Part shown: positions 1 through 8,626 of the stretch, piece after piece | Layout: each line of letters begins with the position of its first letter | Numbering within the stretch: the first letter of the stretch is position 1 | Assembly (NCBI GenBank): GCA_023150835.1 | Contig: JAKLKB010000077.1 | Location: 1-37,987 of the forward strand | Origin: Myxococcota bacterium | Lineage (GTDB): Bacteria; Myxococcota_C; UBA6777 | Length of the DNA: 37,987 nucleotides | Direction: 5' to 3' | Position numbers and translations under genes: made by a program | Notes under the pieces: generated by a model | Databases searched by the model: none | Seen by the model: only the letters and a program-made list of their open reading frames with translations | What the model was told of the DNA's origin: nothing

Positions 1-154
1 ACTCTGAAAACGTCGCTCCGCTCGTGGTTTGGAAAGCATCGTTCACTTGGGCAAGGTCGATACGGGGGGGGGGGACTTCGGTGCGTTGGCAACCTGTCGT
101 AAACGACAGAGCAGCGGCAAGTAGGAACCACTTCATGCTCTTCAACATAGGCAT
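1..154 (-). CDS. Putative lipoprotein, N-terminal part (runs off the left edge)
   Basis: Manual translation MPMLKSMKWFLLAAALSFTTGCQRTEVPPPRIDLAQVNDAFQ shows a basic n-region, hydrophobic h-region and lipobox-like TTG-C. AAGGAG lies upstream; start is 154 or 148. Not in the ORF track because it is truncated. Confidence 0.7.
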   Translation of the reverse strand, partial: MPMLKSMKWFLLAAALSFTTGCQRTEVPPPRIDLAQVNDAFQTTSGATFSE

Positions 155-417
155 TCGCTCCTTGTTTGTTTCCATGCTCGTCCGTCTCTTTTGGAACGGA
201 CGCTACGTGAGGAAGGTATCTCGTGATCTAAGGGTGATCTTCCTTTGGGCCAAAACGGGGGTCAATCTACAACGGTTCATTCCATTTGACAAGACCTATT
301 ACAACCCCCTCCTCGCGCACCTCAGTAGGTCCCTCGTTGACCTCCCCCCCCTGATCACGCTAAAGGCAAGAAGCCCGCCCCCAAACCCAAGGCACCCTAC
401 ACGAGGAGAGCCCGACG

Positions 418-1773
418 ATGATCCGCGTCTCTGTGCTGCAAACCGATCTCTATCAACTCACGATGATGGCTGCCTACGCACGCGAGGGCATGAATCCACG
501 TGCGACATTTGAATTGTTTGTGCGAAAACTCCCGAACAACCGAAACTTTCTTGTGTGTGCAGGACTCGAAGAAGCCCTCGAATCCTTGGAATCCTTGCGC
601 TTCCTCCCCGAAGAGATCGAGTACTTGCGCGAATTACCGAGCTTTGCGCACATCGACGCGACCTTCTTTGACAGCCTCCACACCTTCCGATTTACAGGCG
701 ACGTTTGGGCCGTCCCTGAGGGCGAGATCGTCTTTGCAGGGGAACCCTTGTTACGCGTAACGGCCCCCCTTCTCGAAGCCCAACTGGTCGAAACCATGCT
801 GCTTTCGATCCTCAATATGTCCACCATGATCGCCAGCAAAGCCGCTCGCGTCGTCCTCGCTGCCCAAGGCCGAAACGTCATGGAGTTTGGAACACGACGC
901 GCTCACGGACCCGAAGCTGGGCTCCTTGCCGCACGCGCCGCTTATATAGCCGGATGTGTCGGAACTTCCAACGTCGAAGCGGGCCATCGCTACGGCATCC
1001 CTGTACTCGGCACTTGCGCCCATTCTTTCATCATGTCCTTTGAAAGCGAAGAAGAAGCCTTCAAAGCCTATGTTGCGGCTTTTCCAGAACACGCCACGTT
1101 GCTGATCGATACCTACGACACGCTCGAAGGCGCACGCCGCGCAGCACGATCGACCCCGAACCTACGCGGGGTCCGGCTGGATAGCGGTGATCTCGCCCAA
1201 CTCGCGAAACAAGTCCGCGTGATCCTTGACGAAGCAGGGCAACCCAACGCACGCATCGTCGCAAGCAACGACCTCAACGAAGACAAGATCTCCGAACTTC
1301 TCGCATCCAACGCCCCCATCGATATCTTCGGCGTTGGAACCGAACTCGCCACGTCCAAAGATGCCCCTGCCCTCGGCGGCGTCTACAAACTCGTCGCCCA
1401 AGAAGACTCCCTCGGACACATCCGCTATGTCCTTAAAAATAGCCCCGACAAACCCAGTTATCCGGGCGCAAAACAGATCCATCGCTTCTTTGATCCCCAA
1501 GGGATCGCCCTTCACGACGTGATCGCACTCGCCGATGAACCTGTCCCACCCCACGCCAAGCCCCTCCTGTCTTGTGTCATGCAAGACGGCAAACGCACTC
1601 GACCCGCCCCCTCCCTCGCTCAGATGCAAGCCCACCATAAAAACGCCATCGCCTGCTTGCCCGCTGCGCTTTGTGCCTTATCTTCCTCTGCAACGTATCC
1701 CGTCCAACGCTCGGCCAAGATCGATGAAGCTCGCCAAATCGCCCTTGATGCCATGCCCAAATCTACGGATTGA
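418..1773 (+). CDS. pncB: Nicotinate phosphoribosyltransferase
   Basis: Motifs TDLYQLTM, EFGTRRAHG, GTCAHS (phospho-His), LIDTYD, GVRLDSGD, FGVGT, GGVYKL; GAGGAG RBS upstream. Confidence 0.95.
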   Translation: MIRVSVLQTDLYQLTMMAAYAREGMNPRATFELFVRKLPNNRNFLVCAGLEEALESLESLRFLPEEIEYLRELPSFAHIDATFFDSLHTFRFTGDVWAVPEGEIVFAGEPLLRVTAPLLEAQLVETMLLSILNMSTMIASKAARVVLAAQGRNVMEFGTRRAHGPEAGLLAARAAYIAGCVGTSNVEAGHRYGIPVLGTCAHSFIMSFESEEEAFKAYVAAFPEHATLLIDTYDTLEGARRAARSTPNLRGVRLDSGDLAQLAKQVRVILDEAGQPNARIVASNDLNEDKISELLASNAPIDIFGVGTELATSKDAPALGGVYKLVAQEDSLGHIRYVLKNSPDKPSYPGAKQIHRFFDPQGIALHDVIALADEPVPPHAKPLLSCVMQDGKRTRPAPSLAQMQAHHKNAIACLPAALCALSSSATYPVQRSAKIDEARQIALDAMPKSTD

Positions 1774-1782
1774 TCGATCTCC

Positions 1783-4707
1783 ATGACCCGCAAACGACGC
1801 TTCCTTCTCGATGGCTCTGCCCTCGTCTACCGCGCTCACTTCGCCTTTATCAAAAACCCCCTCCTCAACTCCCGTGGTGAAAATACCAGCGCCGTCTTTG
1901 GCTACATCAATATCCTTCTCAGCCTCCTTGACCGCGAATCCCCCGAAGAGATCGCCGTGATCTTCGATTCTGCGGCCCCCACCTTCCGACATCAACTCTT
2001 CCCTGACTACAAGGCCACCCGCGAAAAAATGCCCGACGAGATGGCCGAACAACTCCCCATCATCCGCTACATCACCACCAGTCTCGGCATCAAGGTGCTG
2101 CACCAAAGCGGCGTCGAAGCCGACGATATCATCGGTACTCTCGCCGTACGCGGCGAAGCCGAAGGCCGCGATGTACTGATCGTCTCGGGCGACAAAGACT
2201 TTGCCCAACTCGTCACCGAGCACATCCACATCTACGACCCGGGAAGAGGCGGAAAACACGGCAAAGATCCCGAACGCATCGCCCCACCACAAGTCCTCGA
2301 AAAATACGGCGTCCCACCCACCGAGATCGTCGACTACATGGCCCTGCTCGGCGACCACTCCGACAACGTCCCCGGCGTCAAAGGCATCGGCGAAGTCACC
2401 GCCAAAAAACTGATCGCCGAATACCACGATCTCGACAACCTTTACGCCCATCTCCCCCAAATCTCCGCCTCCATCCGCACAAAACTCCATGATCAAAAAG
2501 ACATGGCCTATCTCTCCCGCAAACTCGTCACCCTCCAAACCGATGTCGCGATCTCCACCGACACCTCCAACCTCTCACGCGGCCCCGTCGATGCCAAAGA
2601 ACTCTACCGCCACTTCTCCGATCTCGAATTCCACAACCTCCTCAAACGCATCCCACAGATCGCCAAAAGCGATGCTCCTCTCCCCACCTCCATTCCCCAA
2701 CAATCACCCCAAGGACAGTACCACCTGATCCGCGATCTCGACGGACTCTCCGACGTTATCGCTACCTGCCGACACGCCGGCCAACTCTTCTTCCATCCCC
2801 TCTTCGAATATGACGAGATCCGCCCTCATTACTTCGCCTTCGCCCTCTCCCACGGTACCCAACAAGCATGGATCGCCATCCCTCAAAATTTCTCTCCTGC
2901 GCTCTCCACACCCCAAGCCCAACCGCCACACACCACTCCAGATCTTTTTGCCACCTCCTCCCAAAGCCCCCTCTCCACCGAGCCGCCCACAACTTCCCAA
3001 ACCAACGACCTCTCCGATCTCCCTCTGTTTGCGGTGGCTTTTTCACCCTCTCCCCCTACCCAACGACCCAACCCTCCGATGACATGGGCCGCTTGCCTTG
3101 AAGCGCTCAAGCCCCTGCTCGAAGATCCAAACCTCCCCAAATACGGACATGATCTCAAAGAGAGTCTGTTGCTCTTTTCCGAATACGGCATACAACTTCG
3201 AGGACTCACCCTCGACACCTTGATCGCCGCCTACTTGATCAATCCCAACCGCCCCAATCAAGAACTGGATTCTCTCGCTCTTCAGATCCTCTCCTATCGA
3301 AAAAGCGATGCAGACGAGATACGTGGTACAGGCCGAAAGCGCCGAACATGGGGCGAAGTCGACCACGCAGATATCGTCCGATTCCTTGGTGAAGAGATCG
3401 ATCTGATCGGCCAACTGGCCCCCCTCCTGCGCATACAACTCGAAGCAGGCCCGCTGTTTCCTCTGATGCAAGAACTCGAAAACCCCCTTATCGCAGTACT
3501 CGCAGCGATGGAACGCCTCGGAGTCGCACTCGACTTGCCGCTACTCAAGAACCTGCATGACGAGATGGATGGACGCTTGCAACAGATGATGCTGGATATC
3601 CAAGCCTACGCCGAAGATCCCCAACTCAACGTCAACTCCAACCAACAGATCGCTCAACTCCTTTACGAAAAACTCCAGATCCACACAACCCTCGGCATCG
3701 ATCTCAAAAAAACCAAAAAAGGCACCGCCTACAGCACCGACAGCGAAACCCTCGAACAACTTACTGATCACCCACTCCCTCGGTTGATCCTCGATTATCG
3801 CGAACTTCAAAAACTCCTCTCCACCTACATCGACGCTCTCCCCGTCCTCACGCGCACCGATGCACAAGGCGTCCCCCGTATCCACACCCGCTTTCGCCAA
3901 GCACACACCGCAACAGGCCGTCTCTCTAGCTTTTCCCCCAACCTACAAAATATCCCCACACGCACCGAACAAGGCCGCGCCATCCGCAATGCCTTCATCG
4001 CTGGCCCCCCACAATGGCGCATCCTCAGCGCCGATTACTCGCAAGTCGAACTCCGACTGCTTGCCCATATCAGCCAAGATCCCGTACTCACCGACGCTTT
4101 CCACAGAGGTATCGACATCCACGCCCGCACCGCCGGCTTAATCTTCGATATCGACCCTAGCGAAGTCACCCCCGCACAACGCAGCGCCGCAAAAGCCATC
4201 AACTTCGGTATCATCTACGGTATGGGCCCACCACGCCTCGCCAAAGAGATCAACGTCAGCATCGAAGATGCCGCGCACTTCATCAAAGCCTATTTTGCTT
4301 CGTACCCCAAGGTCAAAGCCTACCTCGACGACACCATCGAATATGCCCGTAAAAACGGTTACGTCGAAACCTTGCTCGGGCGAAAACGCGCCATCCACGA
4401 CCTCGACTCCGAAGATGCCCGCACACGCGCCGCCGCACGCAACATCGCCGTCAACACTCCCATCCAAGGCAGCGCCGCCGATCTGATCAAACGTGCGATG
4501 ATCCGCATCCAACAGCGCCTCCAACAACAATCCCTTTCGGCCCGTATGCTTCTCCAGATCCACGATGAATTACTCTTTGAAGTCCCACCCGACGAGATCG
4601 ACCCCCTCTCCCAACTCTTGCGCGAAGAGATGCAACAAGCCATGCCCCTGCGTGTCCCTCTCGTCGTCGATATCGGACACGGACCCAACTGGGCCGAAGC
4701 GCACTAA
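1783..4707 (+). CDS. polA: DNA polymerase I
   Basis: 5'-3' exonuclease motifs (LLDGSALVYRAHF, EADDIIGTL, GDKDF, GDHSDNVPGVKGIG) and family A motifs (TGRLSSFSPNLQNIP, SADYSQVELR, KAINFGIIYG, QIHDEL). Confidence 0.97.
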   Translation: MTRKRRFLLDGSALVYRAHFAFIKNPLLNSRGENTSAVFGYINILLSLLDRESPEEIAVIFDSAAPTFRHQLFPDYKATREKMPDEMAEQLPIIRYITTSLGIKVLHQSGVEADDIIGTLAVRGEAEGRDVLIVSGDKDFAQLVTEHIHIYDPGRGGKHGKDPERIAPPQVLEKYGVPPTEIVDYMALLGDHSDNVPGVKGIGEVTAKKLIAEYHDLDNLYAHLPQISASIRTKLHDQKDMAYLSRKLVTLQTDVAISTDTSNLSRGPVDAKELYRHFSDLEFHNLLKRIPQIAKSDAPLPTSIPQQSPQGQYHLIRDLDGLSDVIATCRHAGQLFFHPLFEYDEIRPHYFAFALSHGTQQAWIAIPQNFSPALSTPQAQPPHTTPDLFATSSQSPLSTEPPTTSQTNDLSDLPLFAVAFSPSPPTQRPNPPMTWAACLEALKPLLEDPNLPKYGHDLKESLLLFSEYGIQLRGLTLDTLIAAYLINPNRPNQELDSLALQILSYRKSDADEIRGTGRKRRTWGEVDHADIVRFLGEEIDLIGQLAPLLRIQLEAGPLFPLMQELENPLIAVLAAMERLGVALDLPLLKNLHDEMDGRLQQMMLDIQAYAEDPQLNVNSNQQIAQLLYEKLQIHTTLGIDLKKTKKGTAYSTDSETLEQLTDHPLPRLILDYRELQKLLSTYIDALPVLTRTDAQGVPRIHTRFRQAHTATGRLSSFSPNLQNIPTRTEQGRAIRNAFIAGPPQWRILSADYSQVELRLLAHISQDPVLTDAFHRGIDIHARTAGLIFDIDPSEVTPAQRSAAKAINFGIIYGMGPPRLAKEINVSIEDAAHFIKAYFASYPKVKAYLDDTIEYARKNGYVETLLGRKRAIHDLDSEDARTRAAARNIAVNTPIQGSAADLIKRAMIRIQQRLQQQSLSARMLLQIHDELLFEVPPDEIDPLSQLLREEMQQAMPLRVPLVVDIGHGPNWAEAH

Positions 4708-4869
4708 CACGAAATCCGCCCGTTGTGTACACATCATTTGGACTATCGTATCATACGAAATCCGCCCATCGTGCGAGCGCAAATCGTAGGGGCAGCCCCC
4801 TGTGGCTGCCCTATAATCAAGCGTCTACGTATTCTCCGTTGTGTACACATCATTCGGACTATCGTATCA
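4708..4869 (+). repeat. Repeat family R2 (MITE/REP-like): one internally deleted copy (~4708-4753) followed by a full copy (~4751-4869)
   Basis: CCGTTGTGTACACATCATTYGGACTATCGTATCA occurs at ~4720 and ~4836, and ACGAAATCCGCCC at ~4709 and ~4755. Central hairpin GTAGGGGCAGCCCCCTGTGGCTGCCC at 4786-4811. Confidence 0.85.
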
Positions 4870-4927
4870 CACAAATCCCTTGCATCAACCACCGTATCAT
4901 CGGCATTACCAAAGGATCATTTCTCGG

Positions 4928-6823
4928 ATGGCGACCTCTTCTCTACCCTCCCCAACCAGCACCAACACACAACACGTCCTTGCACGCTACCAACAGATCA
5001 TCACCGAACAGCGGCAGATCGCAGCCGAACGCAAAGCCCGAGGCCAACGTATGCCTTGGATACGCGGCGGACTTTTTCTCATGCTGATCGTCTTGCTCAG
5101 CCTCGGACTTTCTGGAGAACTCTTTGTCGGTTGGTGGCTGCCTACTCTGGCCGTATGTGCGGCCTTTGTGTACGCGGTCTCACACCACCGTCTGCTGCGT
5201 CGACAACAGCAAGACGCCGAACTGATGGCCGCTGTATGCCAACGCGGCATGGATCGCATCGAAGATCGGTGGCACACCTTTGCTCGACGCGGTGAACGCT
5301 TCCAAGACGACGATCACCCTTACGCCCAAGATCTCGATATCTTCGGACAAGGCTCCCTCTTCCAACTCCTCCACACCATGCACACCCACTTCGGCGAAGA
5401 AACCTTGGCACGATGGCTCTGTCAGGCCGCTGCCCCCGACGAGATCAAACAGCGCCAAGCCATCATCGCCTCCCTCGTCCAACACAGCCCAATGCGCCGC
5501 TCCCTCGAACGCGAAGGCATCCGCCTTCAACTCGAAGAAGAACCCCAAGCCCAAGACCTCCCCGACCCCGAACCCTTTCTCCGATGGGCCGAAGGCGGCG
5601 CTTTTCTACAAGACAAACCCTTCCTCAAATACTGGATCTGGATCTCCCCTCTCTGGGTCTCCGTCGCTTTTCTTCTTCAACAAACCACCGCAACGATTAG
5701 CGCCGCGTGGTGGGCCTTACCGCTTTTTGCCCAACTCCTACTTGCTTACGGTATCGGTGGAAACGTCGTCTCCATCCTCGCGAGCGTCTCCATGCGAGAA
5801 AAAGTCTTCTTGCTCTACGCTTCGCTGTTCTCCGTGATCGATCAAGAACAAACCGAAGAAAACTCCCCTCTTCACGCCCTTCAACAACAACTTCGCGCCC
5901 AAGGAGCCGCTCCCCACAAAGAGATGGCCCGCCTTCAAAAGATCATTGATATGAGTGACGTCCGTTACTCCGGCCTGATCCACTTCCCGCTCAACACCAT
6001 CTTCTTTTGGGATCTCCACTGCCTGACTCGCCTCGAAGCTTGGCAACATCGCGTCGGTCCCAAAGTCCGCTCTTGGTTTGAAGCACTCGGACAGATCGAA
6101 GCTCTTTGCGCACTCGCCACCTTCGCCGAAGAATCCCCCGAAGCGGTCTACCCCACCTTCGCCCAAACCACCGAAGACATCTGCTTCGACGCCAAAGATC
6201 TCTCCCATCCTTTGCTTTCACGGCGCTCCCGCGTCGCCAACGATCTGCGCCTCGACAACCAAACCCCCCTCTTGCTGCTCACAGGCTCCAATATGTCCGG
6301 CAAAAGCACGCTATTACGCACCATCGGTATCAACGCAACGCTCGCTTATACGGGCGCACCCGTCTGTGCGACCTCTCTCCATCTTTCTCCCCACCTTCAA
6401 ATCGCCACCAGTATGCGCATCAAAGACTCACTCGAACACGGCGTCTCTTTCTTTATGGCCGAACTCTACCGACTCAAGCGCGTCCTCGATCTCCGACAAC
6501 ACGACAAACCTCTCTTCTATCTCCTCGACGAGATCCTCCACGGCACCAACACCCTCGAACGCCGCATCGCCGCCCTCGGGATCATCGCGCAACTTCTCGA
6601 CTCTCGTTCCATCGGCTCGGTCTCTACGCACGATATGGAACTCAGCGAAAAATGCAAACGCTTCCAAGACAAAGTCCGCTTCGCTTATCTCAGCGATCAG
6701 ATCGCTGATCGTCAAATGCGCTTTGACTACAAACTCCGACAAGGCATCTCCCCCACCACCAACGCCCTCAAGCTCATGGAGATCGTCGGGATCGAACTCC
6801 CCGACGGTGCGCATTCTTGGTGA
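4928..6823 (+). CDS. MutS-related ATPase (domain V only, with transmembrane segments)
   Basis: Walker A GSNMSGKST, Walker B LLDEILHGTN, STHD, plus HPYAQDLDIFG; two pairs of hydrophobic segments and no mismatch-binding domain. Start set at ATG 4928 because the in-frame extension to 4841 runs through repeat R2. Confidence 0.88.
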   Translation: MATSSLPSPTSTNTQHVLARYQQIITEQRQIAAERKARGQRMPWIRGGLFLMLIVLLSLGLSGELFVGWWLPTLAVCAAFVYAVSHHRLLRRQQQDAELMAAVCQRGMDRIEDRWHTFARRGERFQDDDHPYAQDLDIFGQGSLFQLLHTMHTHFGEETLARWLCQAAAPDEIKQRQAIIASLVQHSPMRRSLEREGIRLQLEEEPQAQDLPDPEPFLRWAEGGAFLQDKPFLKYWIWISPLWVSVAFLLQQTTATISAAWWALPLFAQLLLAYGIGGNVVSILASVSMREKVFLLYASLFSVIDQEQTEENSPLHALQQQLRAQGAAPHKEMARLQKIIDMSDVRYSGLIHFPLNTIFFWDLHCLTRLEAWQHRVGPKVRSWFEALGQIEALCALATFAEESPEAVYPTFAQTTEDICFDAKDLSHPLLSRRSRVANDLRLDNQTPLLLLTGSNMSGKSTLLRTIGINATLAYTGAPVCATSLHLSPHLQIATSMRIKDSLEHGVSFFMAELYRLKRVLDLRQHDKPLFYLLDEILHGTNTLERRIAALGIIAQLLDSRSIGSVSTHDMELSEKCKRFQDKVRFAYLSDQIADRQMRFDYKLRQGISPTTNALKLMEIVGIELPDGAHSW

Positions 6824-6850
6824 ACACGGCTTTTTTGGGGCCAACTGCGT
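6821..6850 (-). repeat. Repeat family R1, left-part fragment
   Basis: Reverse complement ACGCAGTTGGCCCCAAAAAAGCCGTGTTCA matches the start of the copies at 19759 (ACGCAGTTGACAAAAAACCCGTGTTCG) and 29481. Confidence 0.65.
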
Positions 6851-6956
6851 CATACGATATCCGAGTGATGCATAGACAAAGGAGAGTACGTAGATGCCCT
6901 ATAATTGGGCAGCTGCCCCTACATCTTTACGCACACAACGGGCGGATCTCGTATCA
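6850..6956 (-). repeat. Repeat family R2, inverted copy
   Basis: Reverse complement TGATACGAGATCCGCCCGTTGTGT...GTAGGGGCAGCTGCCC...TCTACGTACTCTCC...CATCACTCGGATATCGTATGA aligns along 4751-4869. Its ends ATACGATATCCG / CGGATCTCGTAT form an imperfect terminal inverted repeat. Confidence 0.82.
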
Positions 6957-7013
6957 CTGCGGCGATAGATGTTGTGGGGCGTTGCCCCATAGGCGTTAGG
7001 TTAAGCGCTTGTT

Positions 7014-7055
7014 GGCCCCCCACCCCAGCCCTCCCCCGTGAACAGGGGAGGGAGC
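7014..7055. repeat. REP-like GC hairpin between convergent genes
   Basis: CCCCACCCCAG-CCCTCCCC-CGTGAACA-GGGGAGGG-AG with an 8-bp perfect stem. A short TGGGGC-GTT-GCCCCA hairpin lies nearby at 6975-6989. Confidence 0.6.
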
Positions 7056-7161
7056 GAAAGTCGGAAGCAGCGGGGATGTTGTTTTTTCGTGACGCACGCT
7101 GTATGCACGAGACGCAGACGCTCATCCTCGACCCTCCGGTGTTTCCACCTTAACAAGGCGC

Positions 7162-7229
7162 GTATGGGGCGTTGCCCCCACGCCGTTGCCACGAGCGCGG
7201 CTCCCTTGACTCCGTATGGACGGGACGAT
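7162..7229 (-). repeat. Repeat family R1, right-half fragment
   Basis: Reverse complement ATCGTCCCGTCCATACGGAGTCAAGGGAGCCGCGCTC...GGCGTGGGGGCAACGCCCCA matches 10858-10921. Confidence 0.8.
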
Positions 7230-7963
7230 TAGCGTTTTTCAGACAAGCGCTTGCGATCCCACACAACTTCGTGACCGTCCTCTACAAAGTGCAGCCTTAC
7301 AGTATCGGCCTCTTGTGGACGGCGCGTAAGAAATCCCACCAAACACACCGCATACGGGGATCCCAAAGCACCCGCATTCAAACACAAGCAATCATCGACA
7401 AGATCAGCCCCTCTTGCTTCGTGGATATGGCCGCACACCAAAAATCCCCGATGCTTCGACGCATGAGCACGAATGGCTTCACTCCCAACGTGCTCTCCGG
7501 TGTGATACAGCCGATCCAACTCCGTTCTCACAGGCGGCGCATGACACAGCAAGATATCCACCTCAGGGATCGCCAACGCCGCGATCTCTTCTTCGTCCCA
7601 CTCGTAAGGAAACCCAAACCGTTGCGGCCCCGCACCACCGATCCCAAACACCCGAAAACCCGCGATCTCTGCAACTCGTCGATCGATCTGCCCTGCACCA
7701 TCGAGATCAGGGAGATCGTGATTCCCTGCCACCCACAAAAACGGCTTTCCCAGCGCGCCCACCCGCTCAAAGATCGCCTCGGTCGACGCATGGTATCTCG
7801 CCAATCCACCGAGGTTTGAGCGCGCATCGCCCCACAATGTATTCACCCCAAGATCGCCCACCAACAAGACCCCATCGACCTCTCGACGCTTCACCACCTC
7901 CAACACACGATCCAACATCTCCAACTCACCGTGTATATCACCGATCACCGCCAACTCTGACAT
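7229..7963 (-). CDS. Calcineurin-like metallophosphoesterase (Icc-related)
   Basis: All five motifs present: GDIHG, VGDL, GNHD, HAPP, GHIHE. Confidence 0.92.
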   Translation of the reverse strand: MSELAVIGDIHGELEMLDRVLEVVKRREVDGVLLVGDLGVNTLWGDARSNLGGLARYHASTEAIFERVGALGKPFLWVAGNHDLPDLDGAGQIDRRVAEIAGFRVFGIGGAGPQRFGFPYEWDEEEIAALAIPEVDILLCHAPPVRTELDRLYHTGEHVGSEAIRAHASKHRGFLVCGHIHEARGADLVDDCLCLNAGALGSPYAVCLVGFLTRRPQEADTVRLHFVEDGHEVVWDRKRLSEKR

Positions 7964-8112
7964 CGCACCGTTCCTCTCTTATTGACTTTGGCTTTTGTGT
8001 GGCAACATTCTTCCTCCAGAACGTCCCCACCGTTCGCAGGGTTTGCCAAATACTTCACTCACAAAACGGGTTCCTTCCACCAAGGCAACTCGCCCCACAA
8101 CGCGAGGCTTTT

Positions 8113-8565
8113 ATGGATTCCATCTCTGCACTTCTTGGCGACGACCACGATCGGCTTGACGCGATACTGGCCCAATTCCTCGAAGAAGACGATCTACCCA
8201 CTGCCAAGAAACTGTTTGCCGCCTTCGATCTCGGCTTACGCGCCCACATCGACTGGGAAGAAGACTTGCTTTTTCCTGCCTTCGAGGAAAAAACCAGAAT
8301 GACCGACAGCGGTCCAACTGTCGTCATGCGCATGGAACACGCCGAGATCAAACAACACCTCCTACACATCCAAGCCTCCATCGGTACAAAAGAACTGGCC
8401 TCCGCTGTAGAAGACTTATTACAGGTCCTCTTCCATCATAACCAAAAAGAAGAACGGATCTTGTACCCTTGGATCGATCGTGCTCTCTCTCCCAAAAGAC
8501 TCGCCAGCATGATCCAGCGCATCAAAAGCGAACAAGAAAAACTCCTTCCCCCCGCCACCCCTTAA
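8113..8565 (+). CDS. Hemerythrin (HHE cation-binding) domain protein
   Basis: DHDRLD, HIDWEEDLLFP, MRMEHAEI, HNQKEERILYP. Start set at ATG 8113; the extension to 7414 overlaps the opposite-strand phosphoesterase. Confidence 0.9.
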   Translation: MDSISALLGDDHDRLDAILAQFLEEDDLPTAKKLFAAFDLGLRAHIDWEEDLLFPAFEEKTRMTDSGPTVVMRMEHAEIKQHLLHIQASIGTKELASAVEDLLQVLFHHNQKEERILYPWIDRALSPKRLASMIQRIKSEQEKLLPPATP

Positions 8566-8626
8566 ACGTACCGCATCGCCCCTACCCAAAAAACGCTCGA
8601 TACGTCAGATGTTTCGAGGAAAATCA

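Noticed and set aside
155-417. NAD riboswitch or NrtR operator upstream of pncB; ORF 24..512
   Set aside because: I could not recognise a convincing palindrome or known structure. The ORF overlaps both the lipoprotein gene and pncB and does not look protein-like.
2887-3078. Possible intein in PolA
   Set aside because: Too short and low-complexity, with no terminal His-Asn followed by Cys/Ser/Thr.
4708-4880. Direct repeats of ~34 bp resembling a mini CRISPR array
   Set aside because: Only two units, the intervening sequence is homologous to the 6850-6956 element rather than a unique spacer, and no cas genes are present.
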